A DNA stretch of 64,000 bases from an uncultured Eubacteriales bacterium (GCA_902491535.1 CABUHS010000007.1:17743-81742); one strand, 5' to 3'. Positions 47,373-56,837 are shown, counted from the stretch's first letter. Made by a program: numbers and translations. Notes: a model not told the origin generated them from the letters alone.

Positions 47373-48059
47373 CTATTCTGAATATATCTCCCCATCGTTA
47401 TCTGATATCTCCTTTAAAATTGTTTCCATGATGTCTTTGGGATGGGAAGTAAAAAATTCTTCAACCCAGTCATAGTACTCTTCCGCTGTCTTTCCCATTT
47501 CTTTGCCCTTTTTTTCGAGAATTGCTGATAATTCCGGATCGGATAATATCCGTTCTTTTTCATTTTGATGTTCTTCCATAAGCATTGCAACGAGTTTTTT
47601 ATCTTTCATAATGCAATCTGTGAATACATATTTTGAATTTTCAACTTCATCAAAGTAATTGATCCTGATAGACAGTCTTATTCCACCGTCTTCGGAAGCC
47701 TCAATTGTAATATTATGTGTTCTTTCAGCCATGTAAGATAATAAAGCAAAATCTTCGGAGCGGCAAACATCAAAGAACGGAAGATAAACATAAATATGAC
47801 ATTCATATTTATCGTAGTCAACTATACCTTTGATCTTACCGTGTTTCCTCCTTGCATAAATATCAAGGCGGGAAAGCAGATGTTCATATGTTTCTTTATC
47901 CTTTTGTACAATATATTTCGGCATTTTCCGTATAGCATCATCGTAAGCCTTAAAAAGGCCGCTTTCTACTGCATATTCCCAAATTTTCTGTTGATTTGGA
48001 GACAAAGTTTCTTTATTCTCCGTTCCTCGGTAATCTCTTTCAAAAATTTCATTTTCCAT
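47373..48059 (-). CDS. hypothetical protein (228 aa), AT-rich islet
   Basis: Clean ORF with no recognisable motif, divergent from the XRE gene array. Confidence 0.55.
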   Translation of the reverse strand: MENEIFERDYRGTENKETLSPNQQKIWEYAVESGLFKAYDDAIRKMPKYIVQKDKETYEHLLSRLDIYARRKHGKIKGIVDYDKYECHIYVYLPFFDVCRSEDFALLSYMAERTHNITIEASEDGGIRLSIRINYFDEVENSKYVFTDCIMKDKKLVAMLMEEHQNEKERILSDPELSAILEKKGKEMGKTAEEYYDWVEEFFTSHPKDIMETILKEISDNDGEIYSE

Positions 48060-48380
48060 AAAGCATTTAAACCTCCGTGTTTTTTATTATTATGTTTATT
48101 TATCTTAAATTTGCGTCTTCAACGCACTTTTTTGATATCGTATCTACATATGTATTTTCATATGAATGTCTTTATTAAACAATTTTATACTTCAATGTAT
48201 TAACTTAATATTATGTTGATTTAACAAAAGAACATAATATTAGTTTTTATGTAGAGATAGAATAATACGGTTAGTCTATGACTATATAATAACATAAAAT
48301 TAGTCGCTTTGCAACTAAAAGAATAAAAAAATTATGTCAGCTTCATTTATAATAGATTTAATATAGAAAGGTGGCAAAAA

Positions 48381-48698
48381 ATGAAACAAATCGAAGAAAT
48401 TATTTTAGACAGGATAACACAGCTAAGAATTCAAAAAGATGTATCGGAAAAACAATTAAGTAGAGAGATCGGTCGCTCATCCTCTTATCTTTCAGCAATG
48501 AATCAAAACAAAAGTATGCCTTCTCTACATTCAATAATTGGAATTTGCAAATATTTCAATATAACACTTTCTGAATTTTTTGACTTTGATTCTAATAAAT
48601 ATCCTGAATATATAAATGAGATAATTCAAAAAGTTAAACAACTTGATATCGCACAAATTAAGACTTTATCAGATCTTTTAGATTCGATGATAAAATAG
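48381..48698 (+). CDS. XRE-family HTH protein (paralog 1)
   Basis: HTH_3-like segment (ITQLRIQKDVSEKQLSREIGRSSSYLSAMNQNKSMPSLHSIIGICKYFNITLSEFF) with an AAAGGTGG RBS. Confidence 0.8.
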   Translation: MKQIEEIILDRITQLRIQKDVSEKQLSREIGRSSSYLSAMNQNKSMPSLHSIIGICKYFNITLSEFFDFDSNKYPEYINEIIQKVKQLDIAQIKTLSDLLDSMIK

Positions 48699-48823
48699 TC
48701 TTTTCTGTAAAATAAATAAATAATTATATAAACGTTTAAAAGGACTTTTTATATTTTTACCATTTGGCTCGTTTTCTATTATAATTAAAAGGCATTTATC
48801 GAACTAATTTAGGGGGATGCTTA

Positions 48824-49144
48824 GTGGAAGATAAAATTTTAAACCGCATTACGCAACTACGTATGCAGAAAAATATTACTGAAAAGAAAATAAGCAGAGA
48901 TATAGGAAAAACTTCAACATATTTATCCTCAATGAATAAAAATAAAAGCATGCCTTCACTTAGAACTTTAATTTCTATATGTGATTATTTAGGTGTTTCA
49001 TTGAGTGAATTTTTTGATTTTACAAATAATCCATATCCTATAAAAATAAACGAAGTCAGAAATGAGTTATTAAAGTTGAGCGAAAATGAATTAGATACTT
49101 TATTGGCGTTTTTAAAAGAAGTCAATAACAGTAAAACTAAATAA
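48824..49144 (+). CDS. XRE-family HTH protein (paralog 2)
   Basis: Collinear with the 48381-48698 product over its whole length, with roughly half the residues identical by eye. The start codon is GTG, after GGGGGA. Confidence 0.8.
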   Translation: MEDKILNRITQLRMQKNITEKKISRDIGKTSTYLSSMNKNKSMPSLRTLISICDYLGVSLSEFFDFTNNPYPIKINEVRNELLKLSENELDTLLAFLKEVNNSKTK

Positions 49145-49196
49145 AAAAACGCTTGCAGGACGCAGGCGGTTAGTATGGTGTTTTATAAGGAATAAA

Positions 49197-49547
49197 ATGG
49201 ATATTGAGAGAAAGCAATTATTAAAAGAAATGGGACAGCGTTACTTTGAATCACGAAAGTCTAAAGGACTGACGCAGGAAGAAGCCGCCGAAATAGCGGA
49301 TGTAACACAACAGGCTATTTCTGATGCGGAATTGGGCAAAAGCTTTTTATCTCCTGACAGTATGCTACGTCTTTGTAAGGCTTATGAAATTAGTTGTGAT
49401 TATTTGTTGACTGGTGAAATATCTGATAAAGATACTTTAATAATTGATAAGCACATACGAGAATTAGATGCAGAAACTTTTCGCCATTATAAAGGAATAA
49501 CTGAGCATTTTATAGCAGCAGTATTGAATCAAAAAGATAAATCATGA
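49197..49547 (+). CDS. XRE-family HTH protein
   Basis: HTH segment GLTQEEAAEIADVTQQAISDAELGKSFLSPDSMLRLCKAYEISCDYLL. Confidence 0.8.
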   Translation: MDIERKQLLKEMGQRYFESRKSKGLTQEEAAEIADVTQQAISDAELGKSFLSPDSMLRLCKAYEISCDYLLTGEISDKDTLIIDKHIRELDAETFRHYKGITEHFIAAVLNQKDKS

Positions 49548-49747
49548 TTATATTCGACAAATTATGGATCACCATGTCTCAAAAAGGCATGACAACATAT
49601 CAACTTAGAGAAAAGTGCGATATTGACAGTAAGACTATTCGCAGATTAAAAGCAAATGAAAATATTGAAACAAAAACTTTAGATAAACTTTGCGACGCAC
49701 TATCTTGTAGATTAGAAGATATTGCTGAATATAAAGAAGTGAACTAG
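49544..49747 (+). CDS. small XRE/Cro-like HTH protein (67 aa)
   Basis: MTTYQLREKCDIDSKTIRRLKANENIETKTLDKLCDALSCRLEDI. It overlaps the upstream gene by ATGA. Confidence 0.75.
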   Translation: MIIFDKLWITMSQKGMTTYQLREKCDIDSKTIRRLKANENIETKTLDKLCDALSCRLEDIAEYKEVN

Positions 49748-49805
49748 AAAATATTTTTATTATGAAATACGGTAAAATTAAAATAAATAAAGATATAGAT
49801 AAATA

Positions 49806-49836
49806 AGAGCGCAGAATCGATACGATTCTGCGCTCT
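49806..49836. terminator. bidirectional terminator
   Basis: 14-bp perfect stem agagcgcagaatcg / cgattctgcgctct. Confidence 0.8.
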
Positions 49837-49870
49837 TTAAACTGTTAAATATTTGTAATTTATCAGGATA

Positions 49871-50476
49871 TCAATAATTGCACATATCAAATCTCTCAGC
49901 AGGTAAAACACATTGCTGCATAACTGCAATGATATGCTCCACGGAGTCCCGGCAGTCCTGATTCAGCCACTCGGTAATAATCGCTATCAATCCGTGAATA
50001 TAAAAGGTCATCATGTATTCCCGTTTTTCATGCGGCACTTGAAAACGGTCCAATATCGGCGTGAATACATACCGAAACAGCTTGAAGTAGCTGTCTTCAA
50101 GCCGTAATGCCGATGCATTTTTCAGCATTGTCTGAAATAACCGTTGATTTTGTTTTATATTGCTGAGATACGGAATCAGATATTCCGGAGTGATCAGATA
50201 CAGCTCCTCCATCGAACAATTTTGGATTTTTTTCAGAAATGCAGAGTGTTCGGTCTGATTACGCTCAAAAAATTGCTGGGTTATATATTCCACACATTCT
50301 GAAATAATATCGCTTACAGTCTCATAGTGCAGATAGAAAGTAGAACGGTTTACACCGGCTTTTTCACAGATCTCCTTTACTGTGATATATTCAATCTCCT
50401 TTTTTTCGAGCAGATTCAGGAAAGCCACGTCCATTTTGACAGCCGTATTGAAATACTTACTTTCAGACTTGTTCAC
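49871..50476 (-). CDS. TetR-family transcriptional regulator
   Basis: N-terminal HTH ITVKEICEKAGVNRSTFYLHY. It is the last gene of a three-gene operon. Confidence 0.85.
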   Translation of the reverse strand: MNKSESKYFNTAVKMDVAFLNLLEKKEIEYITVKEICEKAGVNRSTFYLHYETVSDIISECVEYITQQFFERNQTEHSAFLKKIQNCSMEELYLITPEYLIPYLSNIKQNQRLFQTMLKNASALRLEDSYFKLFRYVFTPILDRFQVPHEKREYMMTFYIHGLIAIITEWLNQDCRDSVEHIIAVMQQCVLPAERFDMCNY

Positions 50477-51371
50477 AGCGCACCTCCTCCTTTCGTCTTT
50501 GTGCAGAATGAATCAGCATACATACAGCGATAATAATAACGGTTCCGTACACACCGCTTCCGGTTACGGTATTCATCAGCCTTCGGAAATTCGTATCTCC
50601 TTCCGAAAATTGAGCGATCATTGCCGTTTGCAATCCGAGGATCGACATCATGGAAGCAACAAAATTCAGCACTTTTGCGGCGGACAGGATCGGGCTTCCG
50701 ATTTTGCGGAATCTTACAAGATTGACAACCGATAGAATCATCGTGTAAAAAGTATAAAGCGCTGACAGATAGATTACATAACCGGGGTAAGTATAACCTG
50801 CATTTGCCCGTATCATCAATACAATCATGCCGCCCATAGGAATGTTCAATAAAAACAAAAACCACGCGGTGCGGCGGTAGCATCGATACTCATAGGACAG
50901 TCCGTACTTTTTTCTGCGGCGGTAACTGAAAATCAGATAGGCTCGCAAGGTTCCCAACACCAAATAGTATACAGCTATAGAAATAAACCATACAGACGCA
51001 TACCGAATGCCGGCGATAACACGGAACAGAAGATATAAAAAATTTACTGCCATTCCCTGATAGATACCTATGCTGCCACGGAAAGCCATATCAGACAGAT
51101 ATCTGCCTCCTATTTTTGTACCGGCTATCTTCTTCACGGCTCTGTTGTTCATGATTCCTGTTTTGACTGCTCTTAATAATTTCGGGGCAGAGACAAGCCA
51201 GATCATAAGAGAGTACGCTGACAATCCGTATATAGGATATGCCGCCGCACTCTCTGTTTTGTTTGCGGCAAAGATGAAAATAAGTGCAGCAAATACAATC
51301 GGCGGAACAGAAATCAAAATCCATTTCGACGGATACAACACTTTATTTAAAATCATCTTTGCTTTTTTCAT
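50463..51371 (-). CDS. polytopic membrane protein (302 aa), function unknown
   Basis: About 8 hydrophobic helices. It overlaps the TetR gene by 14 nt. Confidence 0.6.
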   Translation of the reverse strand: MKKAKMILNKVLYPSKWILISVPPIVFAALIFIFAANKTESAAAYPIYGLSAYSLMIWLVSAPKLLRAVKTGIMNNRAVKKIAGTKIGGRYLSDMAFRGSIGIYQGMAVNFLYLLFRVIAGIRYASVWFISIAVYYLVLGTLRAYLIFSYRRRKKYGLSYEYRCYRRTAWFLFLLNIPMGGMIVLMIRANAGYTYPGYVIYLSALYTFYTMILSVVNLVRFRKIGSPILSAAKVLNFVASMMSILGLQTAMIAQFSEGDTNFRRLMNTVTGSGVYGTVIIIAVCMLIHSAQRRKEEVRCEQV

Positions 51372-51374
51372 AGC

Positions 51375-51728
51375 TTAATCTCCGCTGATCTCTTTTGCAA
51401 GTTCCATAATCTCAAAAGCATACTTTTGCTTTCCGTTGTTCAGTATTCTTTTATATATGGGATAATTGATACCCATGCAGACCATTCCTATTATACCTAT
51501 CACAATTCCGAGCGTGAACATAACAGTGCTGCCGTTTCCTATAACTTTCATGCAAAGACACATACCGATTCCTAAAATTAAGGCGGAAATAATTCCAAAG
51601 GTATATGTGAAAACAGCAGCAGGACGTTTTGCTTTAGCGTCCAGCTTGCGAAGGGCGACCACCTTTGAAGCGCTCTTCGGTGCATATTCGTTAGCGAGCT
51701 GTTCTGCGTAAATCTTATCTGTATTCAT
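51375..51728 (-). CDS. small two-TM membrane protein (117 aa)
   Basis: ORF with an AGGAGG RBS and a central hydrophobic hairpin. Confidence 0.6.
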   Translation of the reverse strand: MNTDKIYAEQLANEYAPKSASKVVALRKLDAKAKRPAAVFTYTFGIISALILGIGMCLCMKVIGNGSTVMFTLGIVIGIIGMVCMGINYPIYKRILNNGKQKYAFEIMELAKEISGD

Positions 51729-51786
51729 GGCTTTTTGCCTCCTTTATTTGATGTCTTTATTATACCGGAGTTAAAAGTCAGATTGA

Positions 51787-51812
51787 ACAACACAAACGCT
51801 TATATGTGTTGT
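51787..51812. promoter_or_regulatory. inverted repeat ACAACACA-N10-TGTGTTGT upstream of the TetR-containing operon (candidate TetR operator)
   Basis: Perfect 8-bp arms at 51787-51794 and 51805-51812, about 60 nt upstream of the first gene. Confidence 0.4.
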
Positions 51813-51972
51813 ATTCAGAAAATATTGGATTTAATTACGTTTGGGGTTGTTAAGGCAGACCGATCTTCCTACAGCTTATATAATAGCAGGAGTTTAACAC
51901 AAATAGTTGAACTCCTGCTACTATATTATTTAAATACTTATTTTTAATGTGACTGCAATAAATCGATAGATA

Positions 51973-53505
51973 TTATTCCCACTCGATCGTTGCCGGAGGC
52001 TTACTGGTTATATCATAAACAACTCTATTGACACCGCGAACTTCATTTGTAATACGCGAAGATATTTTTGTCAAAAGCTCATACGGCAATCTTGCATACT
52101 CACATGTCATAAAATCACTTGTCGTAACCGCACGGAGTGCAAGAACATATTCATACGTGCGGAAATCTCCCATTACACCCACGCTTTTTGAATCGGTCAG
52201 CACTGCAAAATACTGATCGGCATGAGAATCGGACTTTCCGATCTCTTCACGCAGTATTGCATCGGCGCCTCTGAGAATAGAGAGCTTCTCCTCCGTAATT
52301 TCACCGATAATTCTTATTGCAAGACCGGGACCGGGGAACGGCTGACGGTATACAAGACTGTCCGGAAGTCCGAGAAGCTTTCCGAACTTTCTGACCTCAT
52401 CCTTGAAAAGTCCGGAAAGAGGTTCTACAACACCTTCAAAGCCGAGATCCTCAGGAAGTCCGCCGACATTATGGTGGCTCTTTATAACAGCGGATTTATT
52501 CTTACCTGACTCAACGATATCGGGATATATCGTACCCTGAGCAAGAAATTCGGGATTTCCGTATTTCTTTGCCTCATCTTCAAATGTACGGGCAAATTCC
52601 TCGCCTATAATTTTACGTTTTCTTTCGGGATCTGTAACACCCTTAAGTCTGCCGAGAAAACGCTCGTGCGCATCGACGTGTACAAATCTGAGATCACGTT
52701 TTTCAAAAACAGCCTTGATCTCATCGGTCTCACCTTTGCGCATAAAACCGTGATCTATGTATATGCATATAAGCTGACCGGGAATCGCTTCCGACAACAG
52801 CGCGGCACATACAGAAGAATCCACGCCTCCGGAGAGTCCGAGAAGAACCTTTTTATCTCCGACCTTCTCTCTGACCGCTTCGATCTGGCGGCGCAGATAA
52901 TCGTCGATCGAATAATCACCTGCGGCGCAGCACACATTGTAAAGGAAATTACGTATTATCTCCGTTCCGTTTTCGCTGATCTCAACCTCAGGATGAAACT
53001 GAACGCCGTAAATTCTGCGCTCTGCACATTCAAACGCTGCGTTTTCACAAAGCTCTGTACTTGCAACTGCGCGGAAATCTCCCTCAGTCGGAAGCTCAAC
53101 TACCTTATCGGTATGACTCATAAGTACATTCTGACCGCAGCCAAGTCCGGTAAACAGCAAAGATGAAGTATCGACCGTTGACGCTATGCGTCCGTACTCA
53201 CTTTTAGCGCACGGAGCAATTTTTCCTCCGAGCATATATGCGACAAGCTGCATACCGTAGCAAATACCGAGAATCGGTATTCCGAGATCAAAAATCGCTT
53301 TATCGCATTTCGGCGAATCGTCGAGATAGACACTGTTCGGTCCGCCTGTAAAAATAATGCCTATAGGCGCGATCTCACGCAGTTCTTCTACAGTCGTGTT
53401 CCACGGTTTAATAATAGAATAAACACCGCATTCTCTCACACGCCTTGCGATCAACTCTTTATACTGTCCGCCGAAATCCAGTATAACGACTTTTTGATTC
53501 TCCAT
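51973..53505 (-). CDS. guaA: GMP synthase (glutamine-hydrolysing)
   Basis: GATase domain (VVILDFGGQYKELIARRVRE, ICYGMQL), ATP-PPase motif GLSGGVDSSV and a C-terminal ...PPATIEWE. The start is set at MENQKVV. The ORF track extends to 53583. Confidence 0.95.
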   Translation of the reverse strand: MENQKVVILDFGGQYKELIARRVRECGVYSIIKPWNTTVEELREIAPIGIIFTGGPNSVYLDDSPKCDKAIFDLGIPILGICYGMQLVAYMLGGKIAPCAKSEYGRIASTVDTSSLLFTGLGCGQNVLMSHTDKVVELPTEGDFRAVASTELCENAAFECAERRIYGVQFHPEVEISENGTEIIRNFLYNVCCAAGDYSIDDYLRRQIEAVREKVGDKKVLLGLSGGVDSSVCAALLSEAIPGQLICIYIDHGFMRKGETDEIKAVFEKRDLRFVHVDAHERFLGRLKGVTDPERKRKIIGEEFARTFEDEAKKYGNPEFLAQGTIYPDIVESGKNKSAVIKSHHNVGGLPEDLGFEGVVEPLSGLFKDEVRKFGKLLGLPDSLVYRQPFPGPGLAIRIIGEITEEKLSILRGADAILREEIGKSDSHADQYFAVLTDSKSVGVMGDFRTYEYVLALRAVTTSDFMTCEYARLPYELLTKISSRITNEVRGVNRVVYDITSKPPATIEWE

Positions 53506-53646
53506 ATTTTTAATTATTTCCTTTCGATTGTCGCGAAAGCGCCGAGCAATCTGTCCGCCGACCGGACAAATAGATTTTTCCAAAACTCAATATGTATTTC
53601 CCTGTTTGGGCACATAGAAACATACTTCCGCATTTTAATATAGGTA

Positions 53647-53675
53647 ATTATATCACTTCAAACTGCATTTGTCAA
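53647..53675 (-). promoter_or_regulatory. consensus sigma-A promoter for guaA
   Basis: Minus strand reads TTGACA, 17 nt, TATAAT. Confidence 0.55.
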
Positions 53676-53718
53676 TTGTGAAGGAATATAGCAAAAAGAA
53701 GAAATAAATTAATATAAT

Positions 53719-55071
53719 TCATAAATAATTCGACAATCGCTCAGCTATAATGCCTATACGCTTATATGTAATCCTTTTACATAGAAAATCAGTAAATTTT
53801 CCGTATTTGCGGTAAAGCAAATTAAATAAAAGGTATGAGACTCGCTGCCCTTTGCTTTCAGGCATTCGTTTGAATATATTTTTCAAGCTGTAAACCTTCT
53901 TATATATCCATATATACCCATCATATAATTCTTTTTCGGTCATTCCTCTTGGCTTAAAGACAACATTTGCAGTATTGTACAGCGACAGATCATCGGAAAT
54001 AATACGTCCTTCAATTTTCATTCTGTCATATAAAGCCGTACCCGGGTAAGGAGTTAAAATATGAGAAGTAACTGTTTCTATCTTATTTTTCACTATCCAA
54101 TCGAGCGTCGCTTTGAATGTTTCGGGAGTATCGCCGTCAAGTCCGAAAACAAAACTTCCGTTTATCATAATTCCCCTGTCATGAATAGCTTTTATTGCTT
54201 TTTCATACTTGTCCGTGCTATTTTGTATTTTGTGGACATTGTTAATCGAATCAGCATTTATACTTTCAAATCCTATAAAGAGACTTTTGCATCCGCTCTC
54301 CTTCATCAGGTCAAGCAATTCGTCATTATATGCCGTATTTATCGAAACAGCCGCATTCCATTTAATTCCCATAGGCCTGATTCTGTTCAGAAAATCTTTT
54401 GTCCACCCGGGATTTCCTGCAAAATTATCGTCTATGAACATAATATGCTTTGATTTTACAACTTTTATATCCCGTAAAACATCGTCTATGTCACGATTTA
54501 TATACATTCGTTCCGCTGCACTGTTATAACAAAAATCACACTTAAACGGACAGCCACGGCTTGTGTGGATAACATTACAGTACAAATACTGTTCCTTACC
54601 CGGAAAATCATAGGCAGGAGGAACAATATCTTCGGGCTTGATTTTACTACTGCACCTATATAGCTTCTTTAAAGTTCCGTTTTCATAATCCTTTACAATA
54701 TCCGGCCACGTTCCCTCGGCAGCACCTACACACAAAACATCAAAACAGTCCGGCGGAACAGTATTGTAAGCAGTCGTAATATGTATACCTCCGGCAACAA
54801 CAATAGTACCGTATTTCCTGAATCTTTCTGCAATTTTAACAGCGCGCGGTAAAGTATCCACAGTAACTGATATCCCTACTATATCAGGTTTATCATTATA
54901 ATTTATATCCTGTATATTTTCGTTCTCCAATACGACCTTATGTTTTTCTCTGAGAATATTTACGATAGTCAAAAGTCCGAGCGGCGGCGCCATATGAATC
55001 TTAATATCGGTATCCATAGGTCTTTTAATCATTTTAGGCTGAATCAATTTTATATACATTATAATTTCCAT
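53719..55071 (-). CDS. B12-binding-domain radical SAM protein
   Basis: N-terminal cobalamin-binding-like domain followed by the CxxxCxxC motif SRGCPFKCDFCYN. An alternative start is the ATG at 55059. Confidence 0.8.
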   Translation of the reverse strand: MEIIMYIKLIQPKMIKRPMDTDIKIHMAPPLGLLTIVNILREKHKVVLENENIQDINYNDKPDIVGISVTVDTLPRAVKIAERFRKYGTIVVAGGIHITTAYNTVPPDCFDVLCVGAAEGTWPDIVKDYENGTLKKLYRCSSKIKPEDIVPPAYDFPGKEQYLYCNVIHTSRGCPFKCDFCYNSAAERMYINRDIDDVLRDIKVVKSKHIMFIDDNFAGNPGWTKDFLNRIRPMGIKWNAAVSINTAYNDELLDLMKESGCKSLFIGFESINADSINNVHKIQNSTDKYEKAIKAIHDRGIMINGSFVFGLDGDTPETFKATLDWIVKNKIETVTSHILTPYPGTALYDRMKIEGRIISDDLSLYNTANVVFKPRGMTEKELYDGYIWIYKKVYSLKNIFKRMPESKGQRVSYLLFNLLYRKYGKFTDFLCKRITYKRIGIIAERLSNYL

Positions 55072-55299
55072 CCTATTCTAACGATCATTCCATGTTGTTT
55101 TTTTATTTTATAAGACATTGATAGATAAGAGATAGATGAGAACAACATTCTGCATATTCAGTTCGCGGATATTATAACTAAATTGCACTTTGCACAGCTA
55201 AATTATTAACTCCAAATCACCATAATTTTAGTAACAACAAAATCGACAGGGCTCCTTTGAATTTTGTATATCTTACTCTAACTTAATATTTTAAAAATA

Positions 55300-55785
55300 T
55301 CATTCGGCACAGTAAAGCGAATACGGGGGATTCTTACCAATATAAGGAGTATAAACAAATCTATTATCTTTAATGGCGTTCCCTATCATGATTTTTGTTA
55401 ATTCCGGTATATCATCACGCGTTAACGATTCCTCAATCGGAATCCATATTACTTCACTGTTTTCATTTCCGTCGGATTGCGGATTTCCAGAAATATATTC
55501 CGCTGTAAAAACAACGTACCAATCATGTGAGTTAAAACGAATTCCGATAATATCTTTCGGTTCGATCACAATATTCACTTCTTCTAAAAACTCTCGTTTT
55601 AAAGCTTCTTGAGGAGTTTCCCCAAATTCAACATATCCTCCCGGTATAATTAATTTCCCCTTTCCGCCTCCATAAGTGTGACGGGCAAGCAGAACTTTAT
55701 TATTTTTTATACATACCGCAGCTACACTTTGACACCAATTCGTATTATCAGAACTCATTTTTTCTTTTCCCCTTTCACTTGTCAT
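55300..55785 (-). CDS. Nudix hydrolase
   Basis: Nudix box GGYVEFGETPQEALKREFLEEVN. Confidence 0.85.
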   Translation of the reverse strand: MTSERGKEKMSSDNTNWCQSVAAVCIKNNKVLLARHTYGGGKGKLIIPGGYVEFGETPQEALKREFLEEVNIVIEPKDIIGIRFNSHDWYVVFTAEYISGNPQSDGNENSEVIWIPIEESLTRDDIPELTKIMIGNAIKDNRFVYTPYIGKNPPYSLYCAE

Positions 55786-55908
55786 TCTTTCCTTACCTTA
55801 TATTACTTTTAATATCTACGTTAATGCAAGTCTCAAGTTCATACATCAAAATCATAGTACACAAGAGAGTCAAAGCCTTCTTTATAACAAAAAGATCTGT
55901 TTGTACAT

Positions 55909-55951
55909 AAAAAATCCCGTGTTCATAACTCAATCCGTTATAAACACGAGA
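55909..55951 (-). terminator. intrinsic terminator immediately 3' of the tRNA-Leu fragment
   Basis: On the minus strand, tctcgtgtt...aacacggga is followed by tttttt. This looks like the native terminator of the original tRNA gene. Confidence 0.6.
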
Positions 55952-55953
55952 CA

Positions 55954-56008
55954 TGGTGCCGGTGGCGGGACTTGAACCCGCACGATGTTGCCATCAACGG
56001 ATTTTGAG
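55954..56008 (-). other. 3' fragment of tRNA-Leu (anticodon CAA): anticodon loop through CCA only; probable attachment-site or junction remnant
   Basis: The reverse complement ctcaaaatccgttgatggcaacatcgtgcgggttcaagtcccgccaccggcacca covers the anticodon loop, the 3' anticodon stem, a long variable arm, the T-arm, the acceptor 3' strand and CCA. No matching 5' acceptor strand (gccggtg) lies within 100 nt upstream. Confidence 0.7.
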
Positions 56009-56313
56009 TTTTAAATGAAACTCCGTACACCGCCGAATTGACCGCCTTTCAGGGGATTAGAACCGAACCCGAAAAGTCAATGTTTTCAAGTCTTTTGAGG
56101 TAGTTTCCTCTGAAAAGCCTTGATTTATAAGGGCGCATTGAATTTTTCCGATTTGGCGCTCGATTTTGCAAAACGGAGGGATATTGGAGGGATGTTGACA
56201 GGATCGCAATTCCCTCCGAACAACAACTGCGTGCATTAACACACGCACTAAATTCATTTTCAAAGCATACGATCATCTGCCATTGACAAATTTTATAAAG
56301 GAGATCGTAAACT

Positions 56314-56559
56314 ATGAAATTCAAACCTAACGATTATTTTCTGAAGCAATACCCTGATCTGTTGAACACCAAAGAGGTAGGAGAAATTTTGCGGATAAGC
56401 ACAAAAACGGTTTGCAAAATGATCCATGAGGGCGAAATAAAAGCTTTTAGTGTGGCAAGAAAGACACTCGTTCCCAAAGTCTATTTGCTCCAATATATCT
56501 ATGGAAAAGACGCTCCGAAGATTGACGACTTGGTAAAGATATATGGAGGCGAAAAATGA
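56314..56559 (+). CDS. excisionase-family (MerR-like) HTH DNA-binding protein
   Basis: LNTKEVGEILRISTKTVCKMIHEGEIKAFSVARKTLVPK is a typical helix-turn-helix_17 pattern. Confidence 0.7.
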   Translation: MKFKPNDYFLKQYPDLLNTKEVGEILRISTKTVCKMIHEGEIKAFSVARKTLVPKVYLLQYIYGKDAPKIDDLVKIYGGEK

Positions 56560-56798
56560 AATCAAGGATGCACTATGAAAAACTTTTTGCCCCATATCCT
56601 GATGTTGTGACTTTGCCGGAGTTTTGTAATATGCTCGGCGGTATCGGAGACAGCACAGCCCGAAAACTTATACAGGCAAACAAGGTCAAGCACTTCTACA
56701 TAAGATGTACATATCTTATCCCCAAAGAAAGCGTAATTGACTATGTGATGAGTTATGACTACTTAGAGTACAGCAAAAAGTTAAAAGCGAGGATTTGA
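56556..56798 (+). CDS. second excisionase-like HTH protein
   Basis: VTLPEFCNMLGGIGDSTARKLIQANKVKHFYIRCTYLIPK. It overlaps the upstream gene by ATGA. Confidence 0.6.
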   Translation: MKSRMHYEKLFAPYPDVVTLPEFCNMLGGIGDSTARKLIQANKVKHFYIRCTYLIPKESVIDYVMSYDYLEYSKKLKARI

Positions 56799-56804
56799 CC
56801 ATCC

Positions 56805-56837
56805 AAAAGCCGTTTGCAGAAATGCAGACGGCTTTTA
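56805..56837. terminator. bidirectional terminator shared by the HTH pair (+) and the Argonaute operon (-)
   Basis: Stem agccgtttgca / tgcagacggct with one G-T pair and a 4-nt loop, flanked by AAAA and TTTT. Confidence 0.8.

Noticed and set aside
53506-53646. Guanine/purine riboswitch in the guaA leader
   Set aside because: A GTTTCTA segment is present. However, I could not build the P2/P3 helices, the UAUAAU junction or the CCGUAAA-like loop, and no terminator follows. This is not supported without an Infernal scan.
55954-56050. A complete tRNA-Leu gene
   Set aside because: The 5' acceptor strand (gccggtg) and a proper D-arm are absent, and an extra 13 nt separates the only acgga from the anticodon loop. 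Only the 3' 55 nt are tRNA-like.
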